Source: a virus
Taxonomy: Duplodnaviria > Caudoviricetes
Strand: one strand, 5' to 3'
IMG/VR virus record: IMGVR_UViG_3300009095_000065
Coordinates: 1-25,201 of that record
Length of the DNA stretch: 25,201 bases
Below the pieces are notes generated by a model. The model saw only the letters and a list, made by a program, of their open reading frames with translations, was not told the DNA's origin and made no database searches. Position 1 is the stretch's first letter. Every line of letters begins with the position of its first letter. Below, piece after piece: positions 1 to 8,828 of this stretch. The position numbers and the translations under genes are program-made.

Positions 1-12
1 CGCCGTCTCCAT
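1..12 (+). other. Probable att core / 3' end of tmRNA (ssrA), left prophage junction (truncated by window edge)
   Basis: Window starts CGCCGTCTCCAT, which matches the 3' acceptor end of staphylococcal tmRNA as I recall it, a known integration core. It lies about 50 bp from the integrase stop. Confidence 0.7.
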
Positions 13-47
13 ATTTCACCCCATGTATGATGGGATTTCAAGCTAGC

Positions 48-67
48 AAGTGTCAAAAAAGTGTCAA
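48..67. repeat. Direct repeat AAGTGTCAA x2, candidate integrase arm-type sites
   Basis: Copies at 48-56 and 59-67, plus a third at 129-137, next to the att core. Confidence 0.45.
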
Positions 68-1113
68 GAGAATAATTCTCTAACACGTTGACCTTGCTCT
101 TTTTTATGTTCATCAAGTAAGTGTGAATAAGTGTCAAGTGTCTGTGATATTGTTGCGTGTCCTAATCGTTTACTAATATATTCAACAGGGATAGATTTAC
201 TTAATAGATATGAAGTGTGTGTATGCCTTAAAGCATAAGGTGTGATGGTGTCATCATCTAACTCAATTTGCTTTTTAGCATAGTTAAATGATTTTTTAAT
301 AGCATTGTGTGATACGTGAAACAATTTACCATCAGTTCTAACTGGTAATTTAGATAATTTTGTATTGATCAGTAATATATCTTTTTGATTAACTTCAACA
401 TCTCTTTTAGAATTCTTAGTTTTTGTACCTGGTAAATGTATGATGCCTTTAGCTTTATTTAAATCTTTTTTAGTCATACCAATTAAATCACTAAATCTAG
501 CACCAGTAATAGCAAGTAAATATAAAAATATATAACTCTGCTCATTTCTTGTTTTAAAATACTCAATCATATCTAAATATTGTTGTATTGTCATATACTT
601 GTTATCTTCGTTTTTAGTTTCTTTAGTTCCATTTAACTCAATTTTATAAGTTGGGTCTTTCCTCAAATAACCATCGTATACTGCATCTCTAATACAAGGC
701 GCAATACAACCATGTACTTTCCTAACTGTTTCAGTAGTTCTACCTTTTCCATATTCATTTAAAAATTTTTGATATTCAGAACGTGTTATATTTTTAACTA
801 ACATATAATCTCCAAAGTGTTCTTTAAATAAATTAAGTGACCTTTCATACCAATAATATTGTTTCGGTGCAACTTTCTTTTTGTTTTTAATCACAAGCCA
901 ATCATTGTAATAATCTTCAAACGTTTTATTATCTTCAATCATATTACCATCTTCTAAATCCCTAATTAATTGTTGGGCTGCGTATGTTGCCTCTGCCTTA
1001 GTTTTAAAGCCAGATTTACGTTTTTTACCTGATTTAAAAGATTTGTCTTTCACATCATATTGCCAAGAAACAGACGTTTTGTTTTTTCGTTTTGTAACTG
1101 TAAATGATGCCAT
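64..1113 (-). CDS. int: Tyrosine recombinase / phage integrase
   Basis: N-terminal arm-binding domain (KSGFKTKAEA); catalytic motifs TGARFSDL, LRHTHTSYL, RLGH and Y in TLDTYSH. Confidence 0.96.
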   Translation of the reverse strand: MASFTVTKRKNKTSVSWQYDVKDKSFKSGKKRKSGFKTKAEATYAAQQLIRDLEDGNMIEDNKTFEDYYNDWLVIKNKKKVAPKQYYWYERSLNLFKEHFGDYMLVKNITRSEYQKFLNEYGKGRTTETVRKVHGCIAPCIRDAVYDGYLRKDPTYKIELNGTKETKNEDNKYMTIQQYLDMIEYFKTRNEQSYIFLYLLAITGARFSDLIGMTKKDLNKAKGIIHLPGTKTKNSKRDVEVNQKDILLINTKLSKLPVRTDGKLFHVSHNAIKKSFNYAKKQIELDDDTITPYALRHTHTSYLLSKSIPVEYISKRLGHATISQTLDTYSHLLDEHKKEQGQRVRELFS

Positions 1114-1130
1114 AGTTATTCCTCCTTACA

Positions 1131-1156
1131 ATAAAACCTCACGTGTTAGGTGAGGT
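1131..1156 (-). terminator. Intrinsic terminator-like hairpin between lipoprotein and int
   Basis: ACCTCAC/GTGAGGT stem at 1136-1156, followed on the minus strand by TTTATT. Confidence 0.5.
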
Positions 1157-1162
1157 GGTTAA

Positions 1163-1795
1163 TTAATCAAAAGATAGTTCTATTTTTTCTTCTGGATGAA
1201 TTTCTTCAAATTCATCATCAAAAATTGCAGGTGCAACTAATTCAAATTTTTTCACGTCATTTATATCTGTATTTTTAAGTTCCCAGAATATCGTCCCTTT
1301 AGACTTAACTTTTCCTAACATGTCACTCTTAATTTCTCCATCTAAGTATGACATAGAAGTTTCAGCTTGTTCATTTGTATCAGTTATGATTTCAGATTGG
1401 TCTATAAAGTATTCAGTAGGTTCATCTGATAAATTTTCTAACTCTATTTCAGCATATAAAATATTTGCCTTTTCTCCGTCTTTATATTCATTGTCTAATG
1501 TCATAACATTATTTTCATGTTCAGGATTTAATTTAGCTTTCCCAATATTGTGAATAGTATACTTAATATTTCCGATTTCTTTAGTGATATTTACTTCTTT
1601 TGTCTTTAAATCCGTCATATCTTCTACATCTTCATCATCTTCGTAATCTAAATCTTCATCATCCATTTCCTCTACATTATCAATATCATCCTCAGAAATT
1701 TTCCCGTCTGATGTACCTAGTTTCTCACTATCTGGACTGCCACATGCACCTAATACTAATAAACTTGCGAATAATAAAAATAATAATTTCTTCAT
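1163..1795 (-). CDS. Lysogeny-module lipoprotein (DUF4352-like; candidate superinfection exclusion)
   Basis: Signal peptide with lipobox LVLGA-C, acidic linker, beta-rich C-terminal domain; sits between int and the repressor. Confidence 0.75.
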   Translation of the reverse strand: MKKLLFLLFASLLVLGACGSPDSEKLGTSDGKISEDDIDNVEEMDDEDLDYEDDEDVEDMTDLKTKEVNITKEIGNIKYTIHNIGKAKLNPEHENNVMTLDNEYKDGEKANILYAEIELENLSDEPTEYFIDQSEIITDTNEQAETSMSYLDGEIKSDMLGKVKSKGTIFWELKNTDINDVKKFELVAPAIFDDEFEEIHPEEKIELSFD

Positions 1796-1830
1796 TTGAT
1801 ACTCTCCTTTATTTTATATATTTATATTAA

Positions 1831-1848
1831 GCACCACAGAAGTGGTGC
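1831..1848. terminator. Hairpin between repressor and lipoprotein
   Basis: GCACCAC-AGAA-GTGGTGC perfect 7-bp stem. Confidence 0.4.
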
Positions 1849-1854
1849 GATTAA

Positions 1855-2187
1855 CTATTTTTGTTGTGATTTTAAAAATTTCACATACTCTAATACTTTT
1901 TGCATTTCTTCTTCATTTAGGTCACTTACTTCTCCGTCAAGATGTGCTGCAATCGTAGTTGGTTTGTAAGGTTCTTCATTGCCTTTACTTAAATCTTTAG
2001 TCATTAAATCATCTATATTAACATTAAATAAATTAGCGATATCAGATAAAACTTTTAATTTAGGAGTATATTTACCTTTTTCCCATTCGCTAATACTAGA
2101 CGCACTTTTTCTACCTAATTTATGTGCAAGATCAATTTGTTCCATATTGTGTTTATGACGCAAATATTTTAAATTCTCACTGAACAT
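1855..2187 (-). CDS. CI-like XRE/HTH repressor, short ImmR type without S24 peptidase domain
   Basis: HTH (LAHKLGRKSASSISEWEKG) and C-terminal TTIAAHLDG motif. Start probably at 2187 after RBS AGGAGTG (2194-2200), not 2229. Confidence 0.88.
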   Translation of the reverse strand: MFSENLKYLRHKHNMEQIDLAHKLGRKSASSISEWEKGKYTPKLKVLSDIANLFNVNIDDLMTKDLSKGNEEPYKPTTIAAHLDGEVSDLNEEEMQKVLEYVKFLKSQQK

Positions 2188-2243
2188 TTTCATCACTCCT
2201 AAATAGTTTGTACTTATATTATACACCAAAACAAGAAAAATAA

Positions 2244-2318
2244 AACAGTTTTACCGAAATTATTTTTCGGAAAAAATGATATAAAGCTATTGACTTCGGA
2301 ATTTCCGTATTGTATTGT
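2244..2318. promoter_or_regulatory. Genetic switch: three 15-bp operator-like sites and the rightward promoter
   Basis: TTCGG-N5-(CCGAA-like) sites at 2244-2258 (reverse), 2266-2280 and 2295-2309; TTGACT(2290-2295)-17bp-TATTGT(2313-2318). Confidence 0.7.
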
Positions 2319-2348
2319 AGTAGTTAAGATAAGCGAGGTGATACAAAA

Positions 2349-2591
2349 ATGAATGAAAAAACTGTTTTAACTTTAAGACAATGGAGAGCATTAAGAGGTT
2401 ACAGTCAAAGGGAATTATCAGAAATGACGGGCGTTAACGAACGTACAATTATAAACTACGAAAAAGACGTAACTAATTTACACAATGCTAAATATTCCAC
2501 AGTTGAGAAGTTAGCAATTGCTTTAGATGTAAAAGTAGCAAATATTTTTTTAGGTTCTAATTCGGAAAAACCGAATTACATTAACAAATAA
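2349..2591 (+). CDS. Cro-like HTH regulator
   Basis: XRE HTH (SQRELSEMTGVNERTIINYE), divergent from the repressor. Confidence 0.88.
   Translation: MNEKTVLTLRQWRALRGYSQRELSEMTGVNERTIINYEKDVTNLHNAKYSTVEKLAIALDVKVANIFLGSNSEKPNYINK
2558..2578. promoter_or_regulatory. Distal operator (perfect palindrome) in cro 3' end
   Basis: TAATTCGG-AAAAA-CCGAATTA, the same motif as the switch operators. Confidence 0.65.
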
Positions 2592-2608
2592 ATTAAGGAG
2601 GAAACAGA

Positions 2609-3400
2609 ATGAACGAATTACCGGCATTATTTAATTTCAAACGTAACAACGATGGAACTGTAGCAGTAAGTGGAAGAGAACTTCACAGAGGATTAGAAAT
2701 TGGTACAAGGTATGACAAATGGATAGACAGAATGATTGATTACGGATTTGAAGAAGGCATTGATTACATTACCAAAAGTGAAATAGTACACGGTCAAAAA
2801 AGGGCTCGTACTTATGAACAACTAGACCACATCATGACACTAGACATGGCTAAAGAAATTTCAATGATACAACGTAGCGAAATCGGTCGCAAGATTAGAG
2901 GTTATTTCATCAAAGTTGAAAGACAACATACAGAGTTGGCTCAAACTTATGGCATTACAACTAAAGACGACATGAACGAACTTATCGAACAGTTAGTAAG
3001 TGACAAACTAGATTATCTAATTTCAACAGGACAGGTTAGCAACAATAAGCTAGATGATTTAAATAATAAATTCGAAGGTGAATATGTAACGCCACAAGAT
3101 ATTGATGCGATTAAGTTCACTGTTAAAAGTAAAGCTGAGCAACTTTTACAAAATGAAGGCTTACAAATGACTTTAGATACTTTGTTAATCGGTGATGTGT
3201 ACGAGCAGGCTTTAGCTAATAAGAAAATGAAAGAAGAATATCGTTACCAACTAGGTAAAGCTAAAAGCAAGATACTGGTTGCTACTAAGAAAGAATTAGG
3301 TATGAAAGGTAACGCACCTAACAATCACATCAAACGTAAAGATGTAGATATGGCAATTCAATTCATTAAAGATTTAAGAGCATCACAAATCGAAATATAA
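2609..3400 (+). CDS. AntA/AntB-family antirepressor
   Basis: VSGRELHRGLEI...YGFEEGIDY...TLDMAKEISMIQRSEIGRKIRGYFI motif. Confidence 0.85.
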   Translation: MNELPALFNFKRNNDGTVAVSGRELHRGLEIGTRYDKWIDRMIDYGFEEGIDYITKSEIVHGQKRARTYEQLDHIMTLDMAKEISMIQRSEIGRKIRGYFIKVERQHTELAQTYGITTKDDMNELIEQLVSDKLDYLISTGQVSNNKLDDLNNKFEGEYVTPQDIDAIKFTVKSKAEQLLQNEGLQMTLDTLLIGDVYEQALANKKMKEEYRYQLGKAKSKILVATKKELGMKGNAPNNHIKRKDVDMAIQFIKDLRASQIEI

Positions 3401-3412
3401 GGAGGAAATGAT

Positions 3413-3622
3413 ATGGAATTCATAGGCTTTGCAGATGTGAAAGAATTCAAAAAAATTAGTGGAATATCTGAGAATGATCTAGAAAGAAAAGTTTTCGCTA
3501 ATAAAGGTTTCCAAGAAAAATGTATGTATCGTTTTGGAAATGGAAACAAGCGTTACATCAAAGTAAAACCAGCTATTGAATATATAGCAGATAACATTAT
3601 GAAAAATGAAACAGAACTATAA
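3413..3622 (+). CDS. Small phage DNA-binding / excisionase-like protein (DUF771-like)
   Basis: Strong RBS; position after the antirepressor; G-x-KRYI motif. Confidence 0.5.
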   Translation: MEFIGFADVKEFKKISGISENDLERKVFANKGFQEKCMYRFGNGNKRYIKVKPAIEYIADNIMKNETEL

Positions 3623-3634
3623 AGAGGCAACCAA

Positions 3635-3817
3635 ATGAGATACACAGCAACTCTTATGAGTGAATTTGTCATAGCACTAATCGCAATATGGATATTCGAC
3701 AATATCTTCTTGGCTGGACTGATAACAGTAATGGCAACATTCCTTATATATCACGTATGGGATTCATTCTTCAACATGATTGAGGACGAAAAATTAAAAG
3801 AAGTGGAGGGGAAGTAG
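3635..3817 (+). CDS. Small two-TM membrane protein
   Basis: Two hydrophobic segments; RBS AGAGG. Confidence 0.6.
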   Translation: MRYTATLMSEFVIALIAIWIFDNIFLAGLITVMATFLIYHVWDSFFNMIEDEKLKEVEGK

Positions 3818-3818
3818 G

Positions 3819-3920
3819 ATGAGAAAGTTAAAACTAATAAAAATAACACTCCTAATCATCATCTTGGCGGAGGAGATTAAGAGTGTTAAAGAAAAATGCC
3901 AAAAGGTTACTTTAGTATGA
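3819..3920 (+). CDS. 33-aa peptide MRKLKLIKITLLIIILAEEIKSVKEKCQKVTLV (not in ORF track)
   Basis: Translated by hand; RBS GGAGG; the LLIIILAEEI motif is familiar from staphylococcal phage early regions. Confidence 0.55.
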   Translation: MRKLKLIKITLLIIILAEEIKSVKEKCQKVTLV

Positions 3921-3953
3921 ATAGTCACCTGAATTTTAATATTAATAGATAAT

Positions 3954-4604
3954 TTATTTAGAATCATTTGAGTCAATTGTGAAGTAGTAACATATTAAAG
4001 AAACCATCAAGACAAATACTGATATTGGAATATTTACAGGTTCATTGTTTGATGAGTGCCAATAGATATTAAATGGTACACCACCAATAAAAGTCATGGA
4101 TACGTTATTAAATAAACTTTTAGAAGGAGGTAAATAATTTTGCAACATAGTATTTGGGAAGTCCTTGTTTTCATCATCAGTCTTTTCATCCTCTATTGGA
4201 TCGGCAGGCTCGACGGCTTCAATAAAGGAAGAAAATTTAACAGCATCGATAAAAGAATTACGAAGTATATCATTCATTCTCGTTATATCATTAGGTGCAA
4301 AATTACTGAACTCCATAAAATTATTCAAAACTTTTTCAGAAAATAAATTTTGCTGAAAGTTTCTATCTTTAAAGATTGATGGTAGTTCGATATTTAAAGC
4401 ATCTTGAATATTTATATTATTTATTACATTAAAATACCCAGGATTTAACAATGATTTGTTGTAAGTGCTAAGTATTTGAGTTGAAATATTGGCGGATTTT
4501 AGTAATGATTCTAAATTTTTTTGAGGTATTGATGAAATCAAACTCATTTGTCGAGATTGTGCATTTAATATCTCTCTTAAATATTTAGAGTAATCGTAGT
4601 ACAT
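3954..4604 (-). CDS. Reverse-oriented accessory protein with C-terminal hydrophobic segments
   Basis: 216-aa AT-rich ORF against the early operon; RBS-like GTGGTGAG; C-terminal PISVFVLMVSLICYYF. Confidence 0.7.
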   Translation of the reverse strand: MYYDYSKYLREILNAQSRQMSLISSIPQKNLESLLKSANISTQILSTYNKSLLNPGYFNVINNINIQDALNIELPSIFKDRNFQQNLFSEKVLNNFMEFSNFAPNDITRMNDILRNSFIDAVKFSSFIEAVEPADPIEDEKTDDENKDFPNTMLQNYLPPSKSLFNNVSMTFIGGVPFNIYWHSSNNEPVNIPISVFVLMVSLICYYFTIDSNDSK

Positions 4605-4648
4605 TTTCTCACCACACTTTAATTGTAAATTAATTCAATTGTGCCAAA

Positions 4649-4680
4649 TAAAACTCCAACTGTTAGCAGACAGAAGGAGT
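4649..4680. terminator. Hairpin (terminator-like on minus strand)
   Basis: ACTCC-aa-CTGT...ACAG-aa-GGAGT at 4653-4680 with flanking A tracts. Confidence 0.4.
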
Positions 4681-4740
4681 AAAAGAAATTAGGAATATAT
4701 ACAACTAAACAATACAACTAAATATGGGAGGACGTCAAGT

Positions 4741-4998
4741 ATGGATAGAACAAGACTTGCAAATATAGCTGCTGATATAACGTTAAAACGTTTCTTTATA
4801 GATATTGATGTGAGTGTTATATCACGAAATTTTGAGAACGGAGATTATGCTGTACTAATCAAGCATGTAGACCCAAGATACGAATACGGTTATGAGTACA
4901 TGGGCATATACAATTTCAACTCAGTAGAAGTGGCAAAGGAACGACACAAAATAATGCTAGAAGTTATGGCTGGAGAAAGATTGATACCTGATGAGTGA
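4741..4998 (+). CDS. Phage hypothetical protein
   Basis: RBS GGGAGG; coupled to the next gene. Confidence 0.7.
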   Translation: MDRTRLANIAADITLKRFFIDIDVSVISRNFENGDYAVLIKHVDPRYEYGYEYMGIYNFNSVEVAKERHKIMLEVMAGERLIPDE

Positions 4999-5230
4999 AA
5001 GTATCGAAGTAACTTACTACATTAAAACACTTGAAGGTTTGTTTTTAACGAATATCCCTAAAGAGCCTTCAGATGCCACATATCACGCAAGTAGACCACG
5101 TGAATACAATGGCTTAGAAAATGTAAATGTGGACTGGGAAAAGCATCTAGTGGTCGTTATAGAGACGATTACACATAAGAAGTATAAAACAGTAAGTCCG
5201 TCAGAATTGGAGGTAATTGAAAGTGACTGA
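4991..5230 (+). CDS. Phage protein (DUF2483-like)
   Basis: TYYIK...LFLTN.P...REYNGL pattern; typical position before the recombinase. Confidence 0.55.
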   Translation: MSESIEVTYYIKTLEGLFLTNIPKEPSDATYHASRPREYNGLENVNVDWEKHLVVVIETITHKKYKTVSPSELEVIESD

Positions 5231-5837
5231 AAATTTATTCGATAAACTAAATAAAATTAATGTAAACGAACATGTTGAAAAGAAAAACGGGTTAAGTTAT
5301 CTATCTTGGTCATGGGCGCACCAACAACTTAAATCAATTGATCCAGATTATAAAGTGGAAACTCATACATTCCCACATCCAGATATACAGAATGAACAAG
5401 TATTTGTACCATACCTTGCTACACCAGAAGGATATTTTGTACAAGTGTCAGTAACTATTAAAGGTAAAACTGAAACTGAATTATTACCAGTATTAGATTT
5501 TAAAAACAAATCGTTACCTAGAGGGTCAGCTACAACATTTGACATTAACAAAGCACATAAACGTTGTTTTGTTAAAGCGGCAGCTTTACATGGATTAGGA
5601 CTCTACATCTATAACGGCGAGGTTATGCCTGAACAACCTAAAGCTAAACCGGAACACATTAAAAACTTGAAAGAAAAGATAGCACAAGCAGTTGAAATTG
5701 GTGGCGATGATGCTTCGGAACAAAAAGTAATGCAATGGTTAAGAATAAGCGATTACGACACTGTAACGGAGGCACAAATCAATCCAATGATTAAGCGATT
5801 GAATGAACTTATCGAGAATAAGCGAGGTGGTAAGTGA
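5217..5837 (+). CDS. Single-strand annealing recombinase, Sak3/DUF1071 family
   Basis: NVNEHVEKKNGLSYLSWSWA and KRCFVKAAALHGLGLYIY motifs. Confidence 0.85.
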   Translation: MKVTENLFDKLNKINVNEHVEKKNGLSYLSWSWAHQQLKSIDPDYKVETHTFPHPDIQNEQVFVPYLATPEGYFVQVSVTIKGKTETELLPVLDFKNKSLPRGSATTFDINKAHKRCFVKAAALHGLGLYIYNGEVMPEQPKAKPEHIKNLKEKIAQAVEIGGDDASEQKVMQWLRISDYDTVTEAQINPMIKRLNELIENKRGGK

Positions 5838-6610
5838 TGGCTAGTAAGTTGTTAATTGATGACTATCCTATACAAGTTTTACCTAAACTCGCTATAGAAA
5901 TCGGTCTGAACGAAGCGATTATATTACAACAAATTCATTACTGGTTAAATCAAAGTAATCACAATCATGATGGTAAGAAGTGGATATATAACACTTATGA
6001 TGACTGGAATAAACAATTTCCATTTTGGTCAGTAATGACTATTAGACGAACCATTACTAGTTTGGAAAAACAGAATTTGATATTAATCGCTAATTATAAC
6101 AAAGCAGGTTTTGATAAAACTAGGTGGTATTCGATTAATTATCCAGTAGTTGAATCAGTGAACAGACGATGTGTTCAAAATGAACAGACGATATGTTCAA
6201 AAAGAACAGATGGAAGTGTACAAAATGAACAGACCAATACCAGAGACTACACAGAGAATACTACAGAGAATATTAGTATGTCAGATAAATCTGACGCAGC
6301 ACCTTACAAAACTATTATTGAATATCTTAATAATAAAGTTAATAAGAGATTTAGTTATAAATCAGAATCTAATAGAAAACTAATTAAAGCAAGATTTAAT
6401 GAAGGATATAAGCTAGAAGATTTTATAAAAGTAATAGATATCAAAACTAATGAATGGATAAATAATGAGAAGATGAAAAGTTATTTACAACCCTCAACTT
6501 TATTTAGAGGATCTAACTTTGATAAATACCTTAATCAAGAATTACCTGAATTATCAAATGATGAAACAGATAATAGCTTCATTAGTGAATTGATTGGAGG
6601 TAGTAATTAA
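5834..6610 (+). CDS. Phage replication initiator (N-terminal wHTH, conserved phage C-terminal domain)
   Basis: IGLNEAIILQQIHYW N-terminus; YLQPSTLF...FDKYLNQ C-terminus; internal iterons. Confidence 0.88.
   Translation: MMASKLLIDDYPIQVLPKLAIEIGLNEAIILQQIHYWLNQSNHNHDGKKWIYNTYDDWNKQFPFWSVMTIRRTITSLEKQNLILIANYNKAGFDKTRWYSINYPVVESVNRRCVQNEQTICSKRTDGSVQNEQTNTRDYTENTTENISMSDKSDAAPYKTIIEYLNNKVNKRFSYKSESNRKLIKARFNEGYKLEDFIKVIDIKTNEWINNEKMKSYLQPSTLFRGSNFDKYLNQELPELSNDETDNSFISELIGGSN
6159..6234. repeat. Iteron-like repeats (putative phage replication origin)
   Basis: About 22-bp unit TGAACAGACGAT(G/A)TGTTCAAAA at 6159 and 6181, a degenerate copy at 6203 and a partial copy at 6226; each full unit contains TGAACA/TGTTCA inverted halves. 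Confidence 0.75.
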
Positions 6611-6978
6611 TGCCAATGACACAAAGAGAGGCGGCTTTAATTATCAATGAGTTAAACAATGTATACAACATGGGACTTAATGATAAAGCTAATTTAGAAA
6701 AAGCAAAGATATGGGTTAATACCTTATCTAAAAGTGGAGATTATGAACCGACACTAAAAAGAGCAAGACAATATATTAGGACCAGTAAATATAAACCTAA
6801 TATAGCTGATGTCATTGCATATAAACCTAGAGAAATAGAATCAAAAGAAATCCATTTAGAAGAAACACACGAATGGAAATTAGAAAATGATAAAGAATAC
6901 GCAAAGAAATGGAATGAGTTGCAAGAAAGAGGTAAGCGTATGTTAGCAGAATGGAGTGCAGACGATGACGAATATTGA
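6610..6978 (+). CDS. Helicase loader (G39P-like)
   Basis: Between initiator and DnaB; W..L...Y...KYKPNIAD motif. Confidence 0.65.
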   Translation: MPMTQREAALIINELNNVYNMGLNDKANLEKAKIWVNTLSKSGDYEPTLKRARQYIRTSKYKPNIADVIAYKPREIESKEIHLEETHEWKLENDKEYAKKWNELQERGKRMLAEWSADDDEY

Positions 6979-8215
6979 TCAATTATCTACAGAAGAGTCT
7001 GTTATTTCTAACTTAATTACAAATCCTAACTTGCTAATAGATTTTAAATTAAAGCCACACATGTTTAGAAATACTGAATATCAAAAGTTAATCGAATATA
7101 TATTCGAAACTGGAAAATCAGATATCAATTCTCTTTATTACAAAAGTAGAGAAGATGAGAATTTTATATCAACGAATGAACTAAAGCGATTATACAAATC
7201 AGAGGCAACTGCACCAATGTTCTTTATGCAGGACCAGATGAATATGTTGAATAGTTATGTCGTATTTAAGGCTAATGAATTGTCAGCAGAATATAACAAG
7301 ATGCCTAGTAGAGAAAATATGAGCTTATTGCTAGATGAATTGCAGAAACTTAATAAGTTATCGATAGATAAAAAGAACCCTACAGATGAGTATATTAAGC
7401 AAGTAATGTCTGATACGCTCTCAGACGAGCCTAGAGCGCTTATAACGACAGGTTTTAAGTCTATGGATAGTAAGATATACGGATTTGAAAAAGGGCAATT
7501 AAACGTCATTGCAGCACGTCCGAGCTTAGGCAAGACAGCTTTAGCTTTAAACATGATGTGGACGATGGCAACAGAAGGTTATCCTACTACATTCTTTAGT
7601 TTAGAAACAACTGGCGATTTGGTTGTACAAAGGATGGTTTCTTCAATAGCTAACGTTGAATTAACAGAACTTAAAAGGTCGAGCAATTTAGGTATAGAAA
7701 AAACAGACAAAGTTATGAAAGCCTTAGACCTTATTAAAAAAAGTGGATTAAATATATTTGCTGAAAGTGACTTAACGCCTCAGAGAGTTAGAGAGCAGGC
7801 TATGAAACAAACAGATAAACCACAAATTATATTTATAGATTACTTACAACTTATGAAATCAGATATCCCTACAAACGATAGACGAGTTGAAGTCGAAACA
7901 ATATCTAGAGACTTAAAAAACATTGCGAACGAAACAGGTTCAATTATCGTGCTGTTATCACAACTTAATAGAGGTGTTGAATCTAGGAATGATAAACGTC
8001 CTATGATGTCAGATTTAAAAGAATCTGGAGGAATAGAAGCTGATGCCAACATGATCATGATGTTATACAGAGAAGATTACTACGACCGAGAGGCAGTAGA
8101 CACTTTCACAGGTAAGTCAGAGTTAGAAGTTAATATTGCAAAAAATAAAGATGGAGAAACTGGTGTAATCAAACTAGATTTCTTCAAGAAAACACAGAGG
8201 TTTATGGATGTTTAG
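6956..8215 (+). CDS. DnaB-family replicative helicase
   Basis: Walker A AARPSLGKT, IFIDYLQL, LSQLNR, ESGGIEADA, AKNKDGETG. Confidence 0.95.
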   Translation: MQTMTNIDQLSTEESVISNLITNPNLLIDFKLKPHMFRNTEYQKLIEYIFETGKSDINSLYYKSREDENFISTNELKRLYKSEATAPMFFMQDQMNMLNSYVVFKANELSAEYNKMPSRENMSLLLDELQKLNKLSIDKKNPTDEYIKQVMSDTLSDEPRALITTGFKSMDSKIYGFEKGQLNVIAARPSLGKTALALNMMWTMATEGYPTTFFSLETTGDLVVQRMVSSIANVELTELKRSSNLGIEKTDKVMKALDLIKKSGLNIFAESDLTPQRVREQAMKQTDKPQIIFIDYLQLMKSDIPTNDRRVEVETISRDLKNIANETGSIIVLLSQLNRGVESRNDKRPMMSDLKESGGIEADANMIMMLYREDYYDREAVDTFTGKSELEVNIAKNKDGETGVIKLDFFKKTQRFMDV

Positions 8216-8414
8216 TGTTGAAGATGCTCTGCTTAGGATGAGAGAACTGTATAAATGTGAAGACGGACCAGCTAAAGAATTATATAAGCATTATGGAATG
8301 GCGCTAAGAAGGTTGTTAGATAACCAAACCATCATGATATTTGATGAATACGATGATGTAAAAGATGAAATTTGGAACGAAACACTAAAAATTAAAAACG
8401 AAATGGAGAAATGA
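8208..8414 (+). CDS. Phage hypothetical protein
   Basis: Overlaps helicase stop; RBS GAGG. Confidence 0.6.
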   Translation: MFSVEDALLRMRELYKCEDGPAKELYKHYGMALRRLLDNQTIMIFDEYDDVKDEIWNETLKIKNEMEK

Positions 8415-8417
8415 CAA

Positions 8418-8816
8418 ATGACAAACGTAACTATATTAACAGGAAGAATTACAAAGGATTTAGAACTTAAACAAGCAGGACAAACTACGGTAACTAATTT
8501 TAGTTTAGCAGTAGATAACCCATTCAAAAGAGATGACGCTTCGTTTTTTGATATAGCAGCGTTCGGTAAAACAGCAGAACTTTTAAATAATTACTGCAAT
8601 AAAGGTAGCAAAATTTTAGTTGAAGGCAACTTGAAACAAGATAGATTCACAGATAAAGAAGGTAAAAACCGTTCAGTAGTAAGAGTTGTGGCAAATAGAG
8701 TTGAATTTTTAGACACAAAAGGTAGCAATCAAGGGCAAGGCGCACCTAAACAACAAAGTAATGATCCATTCGCAAATTCAGCACCAGATGTGGATTCAAA
8801 TTCATTACCATTTTAA
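8418..8816 (+). CDS. ssb: Single-stranded DNA-binding protein
   Basis: OB-fold LTGRITKDLEL...FSLAV...AFGKTAE; acidic tail ending LPF. Confidence 0.95.
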   Translation: MTNVTILTGRITKDLELKQAGQTTVTNFSLAVDNPFKRDDASFFDIAAFGKTAELLNNYCNKGSKILVEGNLKQDRFTDKEGKNRSVVRVVANRVEFLDTKGSNQGQGAPKQQSNDPFANSAPDVDSNSLPF

Positions 8817-8828
8817 TGAGGTGAGTAC

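Noticed and set aside
6171-6383. Alternate-frame ORF inside the initiator
   Set aside because: By-product of the iteron repeats; no RBS.
8561-8576. Operator-like TTCGGTAAAACAGC in ssb
   Set aside because: Encodes the conserved FGKTA of SSB; probably coincidence.
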